Below are positions 45,771 to 52,168 of a stretch of 52,168 nucleotides of DNA, in pieces (positions within the stretch are counted from its first letter, which is position 1; every line of letters starts with the position of its first letter). Below the pieces are notes generated by a model. That model had not been told where the DNA came from and did no database searches. It worked only from the letters and a program-made list of their open reading frames with translations. Source of the DNA: an uncultured Candidatus Saccharibacteria bacterium (GTDB lineage Bacteria > Patescibacteriota > Minisyncoccia > Phycocordibacterales > UBA9973); assembly GCA_964456475.1 (NCBI GenBank), contig CAYVZI010000002.1:52659-104826 (forward strand), in the 5' to 3' direction. The position numbers were made by a program, and so were the translations under genes.

Positions 45771-45867
45771 CAAAACATACTCTTGCGAAACACGAAAATC
45801 CCTTGCTAGGGATTTTCTCCTTTCAGCGCCAGTCGCGCTTGCAGAGGTTTCGCAAGAGTATGTTTTG
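45771..45867. repeat. Long branched palindrome after rpsO
   Basis: 21-bp perfect arms caaaacatactcttgcgaaac/gtttcgcaagagtatgttttg enclosing gaaaatccct/agggattttc. Confidence 0.8.
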
Positions 45868-46054
45868 ACTCCGCAGAGTCGGTAGCCCGAATACAAACCC
45901 TTTTGTGTTACACTTATTATGTTCTCTTTTTCATAAGTCGTGTTCAATTTTTTATAAGTCGAATTATTTTAATAACAATTTAGATCATTAGGCACTAGGC
46001 TCTAGCAGAAAATCTGCATTCCCTAAATCCTAATTATCTAGAGCCTAATTTTCT

Positions 46055-46573
46055 ATGAGTATAATTAAACATCCGGATCAGCGTGTCGCCGTTTTTATCG
46101 ACACGCAAAACATCTATCACAGTGCCCGCAATCTCTATAAGTCGTACGTAAACTTCGGTAATGTCTTAAAGGAAGCCATTGCCGGACGCAAACTCATTCG
46201 TGCCGTTGCTTATGTCATTACCTCTGAAGCAGGGGATGAGAAAGCGTTCTTTGATGCACTCACCAAGGTTGGAATCGAAACCAAAACCAAAGACCTCCAG
46301 GTGTTCTCGAGTGGCGCAAAGAAAGCCGACTGGGACGTAGGTCTCGCAGTCGACGCAATCAAAATGTCTCACAAAGTCGATACGGTCATCATCATCTCCG
46401 GCGATGGCGACTTCATCCCGCTTGTCGAATATCTTCAGATGAACGGAGGGACACAGGTCGAAGTCGTAGCCTTCGGCAAATCAACTTCGATGAACCTCAA
46501 AGAAGCCTGCGACGACTTCCTCGACCTCTCTGAAAATCCAAACAAATATCTCATGCGTGCGGGGCGACGCTAG
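46055..46573 (+). CDS. NYN domain (LabA/DUF88, PIN-like) protein
   Basis: VFIDTQNI, KKADWDVGLAVD, ISGDGDFIPL, VEVVAF. Confidence 0.92.
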   Translation: MSIIKHPDQRVAVFIDTQNIYHSARNLYKSYVNFGNVLKEAIAGRKLIRAVAYVITSEAGDEKAFFDALTKVGIETKTKDLQVFSSGAKKADWDVGLAVDAIKMSHKVDTVIIISGDGDFIPLVEYLQMNGGTQVEVVAFGKSTSMNLKEACDDFLDLSENPNKYLMRAGRR

Positions 46574-46588
46574 TCGCAAATTAGGAAT

Positions 46589-46634
46589 CGACATGTACTC
46601 ATGTCGTCCCAGACTTGATCCGGGATCCACGAAT
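46589..46634 (+). repeat. REP-like element, inverted partner of 51181-51226
   Basis: 46 bp, 2 mismatches to the reverse complement of 51181-51226. Confidence 0.85.
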
Positions 46635-46711
46635 CTGATCTGAATGAAGAATAAAAATACCTTTAGAAATAAGGGTATTTTTTGACGCAGGAAAAGAATC
46701 TGGAAAAATGC

Positions 46712-46740
46712 TTGACAAAATCAAGTTAAGATGCTATCAT
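46712..46740 (+). promoter_or_regulatory. Strong sigma70 promoter
   Basis: TTGACA-N17-TATCAT with extended -10 TG. Confidence 0.75.
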
Positions 46741-46746
46741 ATATTT

Positions 46747-47245
46747 AATTCGGTTACCTTCATTTTTGAAGAGTAACTGAAGGCATCGAGGATCCAACGA
46801 GAGATGTGCCACTGCGCCATCAATTTTTGACCTCATTCGTTTTGCCGGAGGTGGATTGCACAGCAGTGCAATATTACCTGCCAGGTGTTGGATTGCCGGA
46901 TGGAAACCGGTGGGAAGTATTCCCGAAGTCATCAACTGAGTTCCCGTTTTGTTCTTTCCTTTCTTGAAAAATAAAAAAGGAAAATCAAACCACGTAATGT
47001 TGATGTCCCGGACAGAGCGTCCAAAATCGGTAGCCTAATAGAAGGGTAGGCTCGCACCACGGAGTGCAATACTGATGAGGAGTGCAGCGTGTGCTTAATA
47101 AAGATTTCTTTCGTTTTTGTGAAAAGAAAAGCTGCAAAAGCATCATTGCTCAACAATGGGAAAGAAGTTGTTGAGAAGTTTGCGGGAAAAACCTGCAAAG
47201 CATACTAAAGAGCCATCCGGGTAAAACTGGATGGCTCTCTTACAT
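46747..47245 (+). ncRNA. Candidate structured non-coding RNA of about 490 nt
   Basis: Bounded by the promoter and a terminal hairpin (gagccatcc/ggatggctc); many short stems; no convincing ORF. Confidence 0.4.
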
Positions 47246-47375
47246 TTTAGATGTACTTTTTTGGGATTTAGAGTAGAATCGAATTGGGCGACATTATTAC
47301 ATAATTGTTCGCGTTCGGACGTATAGAATTGCATTAGATTGGCAATTTTACGGTCCGAATACGAACTCTAACTCA

Positions 47376-47500
47376 TAGAACTTACAGAGGCGGATGCAGT
47401 TCACGACGCGAGCGAGGCTTGTGACTAAAATGTACATGGGGTACATTGCGGGAACAAACGAGCGAGGCAACAAAGAAATGCGCCGCATATGGAAGTTCTA
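47376..47500 (+). repeat. 125-bp structured dispersed repeat, copy 3 (pnp leader)
   Basis: Arms tagaacttaca/tggaagttcta; ends 8 nt before the pnp ATG. Confidence 0.9.
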
Positions 47501-47508
47501 TCAAACAT

Positions 47509-49656
47509 ATGCATTCCAAGGAATACTCTTTAGAAGTAGGTGGTCATACCATGACTGCGGTTTTTTCTGATCTTGCCGATCAGGCCAATGGTTCGGTGAT
47601 CCTCAAATGTGAGGACACTATTATTCTCGCAACTGCTGTCATCAGCAAAAGTGACAAAAACAATCCGGGCTTCTTCAACCTCACCGTTGAATACCTTGAA
47701 AAGTTTTACGCGTCAGGCCTCATCTTGGGGGGACAATACAACAAGCGTGAAGGTCGCCCTTCTGACGAAGCGATTCTTTCAGCGCGAATCATCGACCGTA
47801 CCATTCGCCCACTCTTTGCACATCACATCAAAAACGCCGTGCAAGTCGTCGCGACAGTGCTTTCTGTCGGTCGCATGGATCCAGGCGTCATGGCGGTCAA
47901 TGCATGTTCGCTCGCACTCGCTGTTTCAGATATTCCATGGGCAGGACCAGTGGGAGCAGTACTCGTCTCAAAACCAAAAACAGGTGGCGAAATGGCACTT
48001 GATCAATACGTGCCAAACACTGGTGAATCAAATTACGAACTCGACCTCACGATCTGTGGAAAGGAAGGAAATGTTGTCATGATCGAATCAATGACATACG
48101 AATACGATGAGTCATTAATGAACACTGCACTCGACATGGCAATGCCAGCAATCAACGCGCTCGAGAAATGGCAGCGCGACATCGTCGCAGAAATCGGTAA
48201 ACCAAAGAAAGACATGCCGGCTCCAGTACTTCCGGAGGAGGTCAAAAATCTTTTCGCATCGACTGTCGGACCAAAGCTTCCAACTATTTTCGGTACAGAA
48301 CCAAAGAAAGTAACAATGGCACTCGAAGAAGAATGGAAAAATATTCTCTCTGAAAAGTTTCCAGGTGAAGAAAACGAAAAAATGTTGGAAGTTGCAGAAG
48401 ACTATTTCAACGAAATGGTAGACGAGTTGTTCCACGTCAAAGCGCTCAAAGAAAACGCGCGTGCCGATGGACGCGCGCTCGACCAAGTTCGTGCACTCTA
48501 TGCCAAGGCTGGAGACTTTTCTCCGGTGCTTCACGGAACAGGAATCTTTTACCGTGGAGAAACTCACGTGCTTTCAATTCTCACACTCGGTGGACCAGAA
48601 ACTGCGACTGCAATTGAGGGAATGGAAATTCGCGGAACCAAACGTTTCACTCATCACTACAACTTCCCAGGATATTCTGTGGGCGAGACTGGACGCTTCG
48701 GTGGAATCAACCGTCGCGAAATGGGACATGGATTTCTCGCCGAGAAAGCATTGTATCCAATGATTCCGGACAAGATGGATTTTCCATACACCATCCGCGT
48801 CGTTTCAGAATCGACTGCATCAAACGGATCAACATCACAAGCATCAATCTGTGCATCAACCATCGCACTCATGGACGGAGGCGTGCCAATGAAGCGACCA
48901 GTTGCCGGAGTGGCAATGGGACTCGTACTCAACGTACAGAATCCGACTGAATACAAAATCCTCACCGACATCCAAGGACTCGAAGATCATCATGCCGATA
49001 TGGACTTCAAAGTTGCCGGAACACGAAATGGAGTCACTGCACTTCAGCTCGATATCAAAGTAGGTGGCGTACCAGTACAAGCAATCAAAGACGCAATGGT
49101 ACAAGCAAAGAAAGGACGTCTTGAAATCCTCGACGTGATCGAAAAAGAAATTTCTGCACCACGTGCTGACATTTCAGCAAGTGCTCCAAAGATTCTCGTC
49201 ATGCACATTCGTCCAGATCAGATTGGGGGAGTGATTGGTAGCGGAGGAAAGACCATCAAAGCAATCCGTGAAAAGACTGGTGCCGAACTCACCATCGAAG
49301 ATGACGGAACAGTCTACATCACGGGCAAGAACGGCGCAGCAGAAGCAGCACTCGTGATAGTTCAAGAGATGACACACGAATATAAGATTGGCGAAGAGAT
49401 GGAAGGGGAAGTGGTAAAACTTCTTGAAGTTGGAGCGATCGTAAAGATCAGTTCTTCAGCTGACGGAATGGTGCACATTTCCGAACTCGCTCCATGGCGC
49501 GTCAACAAAGTGACCGATCTTGTGAAAGAAGGAATGAAAGTGCCGGTCAAAGTCGTAGGCGTAGACCTCGAACGAGGACGTATCTCGCTTTCGATCAAGG
49601 CTGCAAAACCAGACTTCTTCCCGAAGCCTGCAGCACCTGAAGCTCCGAAAGTATAA
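47509..49656 (+). CDS. pnp: Polyribonucleotide nucleotidyltransferase (PNPase)
   Basis: KREGRPS..ARIIDRTIRPLF, HHYNFPGYSVGE, RREMGHG, SNGSTSQAS, DMDFKVAGT, KH and S1 domains. Confidence 0.98.
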   Translation: MHSKEYSLEVGGHTMTAVFSDLADQANGSVILKCEDTIILATAVISKSDKNNPGFFNLTVEYLEKFYASGLILGGQYNKREGRPSDEAILSARIIDRTIRPLFAHHIKNAVQVVATVLSVGRMDPGVMAVNACSLALAVSDIPWAGPVGAVLVSKPKTGGEMALDQYVPNTGESNYELDLTICGKEGNVVMIESMTYEYDESLMNTALDMAMPAINALEKWQRDIVAEIGKPKKDMPAPVLPEEVKNLFASTVGPKLPTIFGTEPKKVTMALEEEWKNILSEKFPGEENEKMLEVAEDYFNEMVDELFHVKALKENARADGRALDQVRALYAKAGDFSPVLHGTGIFYRGETHVLSILTLGGPETATAIEGMEIRGTKRFTHHYNFPGYSVGETGRFGGINRREMGHGFLAEKALYPMIPDKMDFPYTIRVVSESTASNGSTSQASICASTIALMDGGVPMKRPVAGVAMGLVLNVQNPTEYKILTDIQGLEDHHADMDFKVAGTRNGVTALQLDIKVGGVPVQAIKDAMVQAKKGRLEILDVIEKEISAPRADISASAPKILVMHIRPDQIGGVIGSGGKTIKAIREKTGAELTIEDDGTVYITGKNGAAEAALVIVQEMTHEYKIGEEMEGEVVKLLEVGAIVKISSSADGMVHISELAPWRVNKVTDLVKEGMKVPVKVVGVDLERGRISLSIKAAKPDFFPKPAAPEAPKV

Positions 49657-49670
49657 TAAAACTGAACACA

Positions 49671-49706
49671 GAAAAATCGTCTTACATTAGTAAGACGATT
49701 TTTCTT
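49671..49706 (+). terminator. Intrinsic terminator after pnp
   Basis: gaaaaatcgtcttac-atta-gtaagacgatttttc. Confidence 0.8.
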
Positions 49707-49713
49707 TTATGCT

Positions 49714-50676
49714 ATGATAATTAAATATATGGAACCAAACGGACTCGTCGACATCAATGCGCCAACGCCAGAAATAAATCCTGACGTAATGCCTACTCCG
49801 GCAATTACTCCACATTCTGAAAAGGCTATTTACATTGCAAAACACAATAGTCACATTCAACCAGTGCGCACTTTTTCGTCTGACTTAGCTGATGCAGTAC
49901 GCGAACATGGAGGCTCTGTGGTAAAAATCGCGATTGCAGAAAATGAAAAAAAGCAGAAGGAGTATGAGGAGGTGTCTATTACTTCACGCAAAAACATCGT
50001 CTTCAGTACACTTGGAATAATTCTTCTGGTCGGAGCAATCATTGGAGGCGTTTGGGTATACAAAGTCAAAACAAAGCCGGTGGAAGTCGTGCAAACACCC
50101 GTAGTACAACAGTCGCTTATCTTTTCTGAAAGCAATCAAATTATCGACGTCGTTGATGCAAGCAGTATGGAATCGGCAGGCCTTCTTACTTCAATCAATA
50201 CAATCGTCAATGCTCCAAATATTCAATCCGGTACAATAAAAAATATCGTCGTCACACAGAACGGACAGCGAATTGCTGCTTCACAATTCCTTGAGGGAAT
50301 TCGTGCAGAGCATGCACCTTCGGATTTCCTTCGAACGCTTTCAAATGAGTACATGCTCGGCACGTATCTCTACACTGACAACAATCTCTTTTTTGTACTC
50401 AAAGGATCGGCTCATGATTTCCTGCTTTCGGGAATGCTTGAATGGGAGCCGTTTATGTTAGCAGACCTCGCACCACTTTTTGCAATCGATGTCACAGGAG
50501 AAAACGCTCGACTTCTTGATACCAAAATGAGTGATGTCGTACTCGACAATCATGACGCACGCGCCGTGCTCGACACGAGCGGGAAGCCAGTATTCTTCTA
50601 TTCCTTCATTGATCCAAATACTATCCTCTTTGCCAAAAATCCGAAGATCATTACCACGCTCGTATCACGAATGTGA
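49714..50676 (+). CDS. Hypothetical single-pass membrane protein
   Basis: 320 aa; TM helix IVFSTLGIILLVGAIIGGVWVY followed by a large external domain. Confidence 0.75.
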   Translation: MIIKYMEPNGLVDINAPTPEINPDVMPTPAITPHSEKAIYIAKHNSHIQPVRTFSSDLADAVREHGGSVVKIAIAENEKKQKEYEEVSITSRKNIVFSTLGIILLVGAIIGGVWVYKVKTKPVEVVQTPVVQQSLIFSESNQIIDVVDASSMESAGLLTSINTIVNAPNIQSGTIKNIVVTQNGQRIAASQFLEGIRAEHAPSDFLRTLSNEYMLGTYLYTDNNLFFVLKGSAHDFLLSGMLEWEPFMLADLAPLFAIDVTGENARLLDTKMSDVVLDNHDARAVLDTSGKPVFFYSFIDPNTILFAKNPKIITTLVSRM

Positions 50677-50677
50677 C

Positions 50678-50750
50678 AAACTCTAATTTCTAAGTCCTAA
50701 ACTCTAAAAATACGGATTCTATAGAACTTAGATTTTAGTGTTTAGAGTTT
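50678..50750. repeat. Inverted 7-mer array without ORF (empty element)
   Basis: Shares tctaagtcctaaa with the arms at 6737 and 11485. Confidence 0.75.
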
Positions 50751-50775
50751 TCTTTTTTCGTGATATATTGTCTAC

Positions 50776-51126
50776 ATGACTACCGAATACAAACGAAAAC
50801 TTGAAGAGGAAAAAGCTGTGCTCATGTCCGAACTTGCAAATCTTGGAAATAGAGATCCCAAGAGTCACGAGTGGGAAGCGACTATCAGCGAAGCAGTAAC
50901 AGAAAATGCCGACATGAATAGTTCAGCTGACCGCTTCGAAGATTTTGAAGAAAAGAGCGCGCTCATCACTCCACTTGAAGCAAAACTTACACAAGTAGAA
51001 CAAGCACTTGAGAGAATTGAAAAAGGCACATTCGGTAAATGCCGAGTATGCCATGGACCAATCGAAGAGGCTCGACTCAACGCAAATCCCGCAGCAGAAA
51101 CTTGCATCGCACACCTCGAAGCCTAA
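50776..51126 (+). CDS. TraR/DksA family C4-type zinc finger protein
   Basis: ALERIEKGTFGKCRVC..IEEARLNANPAAETCIAH. Confidence 0.9.
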   Translation: MTTEYKRKLEEEKAVLMSELANLGNRDPKSHEWEATISEAVTENADMNSSADRFEDFEEKSALITPLEAKLTQVEQALERIEKGTFGKCRVCHGPIEEARLNANPAAETCIAHLEA

Positions 51127-51180
51127 GGCTTCGAGGTGTGTTTGTTTATGGGCAGACTTTATAAACTTTACGACTAGAAT

Positions 51181-51226
51181 ATTCATGGATCCCGGATCAA
51201 GTCCGGGACGACATGAGTACATGTCG
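51181..51226 (-). repeat. REP-like element, inverted partner of 46589-46634
   Basis: attcatggatcccggatcaagtccgggacgacatgagtacatgtcg. Confidence 0.85.
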
Positions 51227-51242
51227 CTTTAAACTATTTCTT

Positions 51243-52168
51243 ATGTCATTCGCTCGAGTATTCTCAGCTCAAACCGAACTTCTTTCTGGAAGGATTGTTT
51301 CCGTAGAAGTCGACACTTCAAAAGGTATGAACAACTTTTCGATTGTGGGACTCGGTGACCGAGCAGTGGACGAAGCTCGCGACCGTGTGGGATCAGCGCT
51401 CAAAAATTCTGGTTTTGAATCTCCAAAACACAAAAATCAAAAAACAATCGTTTCATTGTCGCCAGCCGATTTGAAGAAAGAAGGTTCACATTTTGACCTT
51501 GCGATCGCAGTTGGATATCTCATCTCCGAAGGACTCTCGACAAAGAACCTTGATAAGTCCTTGTTTATAGGGGAACTCGCACTCGATGGAGGCATTCGAC
51601 CAACTCGCGGGATCTTGGCAATTGCGCTCAAAGCAAGAGAACAGGGTTTCACAGAGATTTTTGTACCTAAAGAGAACGCGCTCGAAGCGACACTCGTTGA
51701 GGGACTCGCGGTATTTCCCGTGTCGAAACTTGATGAATTAGTGAAGAATCTGAATACAAAAACGGAATCACAAAACAGACTTGTGCCTTTTTCTAGAGAT
51801 ACTGGTGCGACTCCATTTTCAAAACCGGAAACAGACTTCGGCGACATTATCGGACAAGAGTCTGCAAAGCGTGGTCTCCTCATCGCAGCCGCTGGTGGAC
51901 ACAACATCATCATGTACGGACCACCAGGATCTGGAAAGACAATGCTTGCACGCGCACTTGCTGGAATCTTGCCAGAACTTTCACAGAACGATGCCATGGA
52001 AGTCACCGCAATTCATTCAATCGCTGGTGGCAAAAATATTACAGGCCTCCAATCCATCGCTCCGTTTCGATCACCCCACCACACTTCATCATATGTTTCC
52101 GTGATCGGTGGAGGCACATTTCCAAAACCAGGCGAAGTTACACTCGCACATCGCGGAGTTTTGTTTCT
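51243..52168 (+). CDS. comM: YifB/ComM family Mg-chelatase-like AAA+ ATPase (partial, runs off window; not in ORF track)
   Basis: Manual translation: IVGLGDRAVDEARDRV, SLSPADLKKEGSHFDLAIA, GELALDG, GHNIIMYGPPGSGKTMLA, PFRSPHH, PGEVTLAHRGVL. Confidence 0.95.
   Translation, partial: MSFARVFSAQTELLSGRIVSVEVDTSKGMNNFSIVGLGDRAVDEARDRVGSALKNSGFESPKHKNQKTIVSLSPADLKKEGSHFDLAIAVGYLISEGLSTKNLDKSLFIGELALDGGIRPTRGILAIALKAREQGFTEIFVPKENALEATLVEGLAVFPVSKLDELVKNLNTKTESQNRLVPFSRDTGATPFSKPETDFGDIIGQESAKRGLLIAAAGGHNIIMYGPPGSGKTMLARALAGILPELSQNDAMEVTAIHSIAGGKNITGLQSIAPFRSPHHTSSYVSVIGGGTFPKPGEVTLAHRGVLF

Noticed and set aside
46805-46925. Cobalamin riboswitch (gccactg and gggaag words)
   Set aside because: Motifs are in the wrong order and the rest of the B12-box architecture is absent.
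47071-47120. Third hammerhead (CTGATGAG at 47072)
   Set aside because: No stem II closed by GAAA and no NUH triplet with stems I/III in the right geometry.
594-52104. Numerous 60-240 aa ORFs antisense to or nested in housekeeping genes (e.g. 594-1181, 10833-11465, 19302-20021, 51437-52006)
   Set aside because: Shadow frames of well-supported genes, with no recognisable motifs.
1-52168. Alternative genetic code 25 (TGA=Gly) or prophage
   Set aside because: Conserved genes are full length under code 11; no capsid, terminase, portal or phage integrase genes seen.

Overview
52 kb of a small-genome bacterial chromosome, most consistent with Patescibacteria/CPR (Parcubacteria-like). This is inferred from a compact type IV pilus locus, GYAWS-repeat surface proteins, a trigger factor lacking its PPIase domain and A-rich translation starts; translation is standard code 11. 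Housekeeping genes: recJ, HIT, pgk, tpiA, nusA, ppa, tig, clpP, rny, hup, a CCA-adding enzyme, xth, a Xer-type recombinase, rpsO, pnp, a DksA/TraR zinc finger, partial comM/yifB and four tRNAs. The most striking signals are non-coding. (1) Two canonical type III hammerhead ribozymes with covarying stems sit in consecutive intergenic gaps of a three-ORF orphan operon (31357-32849, minus) that is divergent from a TrmB regulator. (2) A second TrmB-divergent orphan array (24.8-28.6 kb) has ORFs separated by a recurring triple-hairpin module occupying the same slot as the hammerheads. (3) A 125-bp structured repeat occurs three times, directly upstream of rny and pnp and over the pgk stop codon. 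(4) Two different tRNAs carry 3' elements with an antisense copy of their own T-arm plus a shared motif. (5) Two four-helix-bundle genes are bracketed by inverted 7-mer arrays, and empty versions of these arrays also occur. (6) A cluster of parS-like sites is written into the CCA-adding enzyme gene. (7) A promoter- and terminator-bounded structured RNA candidate of about 490 nt lies before pnp. All calls are by eye from sequence; no database searches or folding programs were run.
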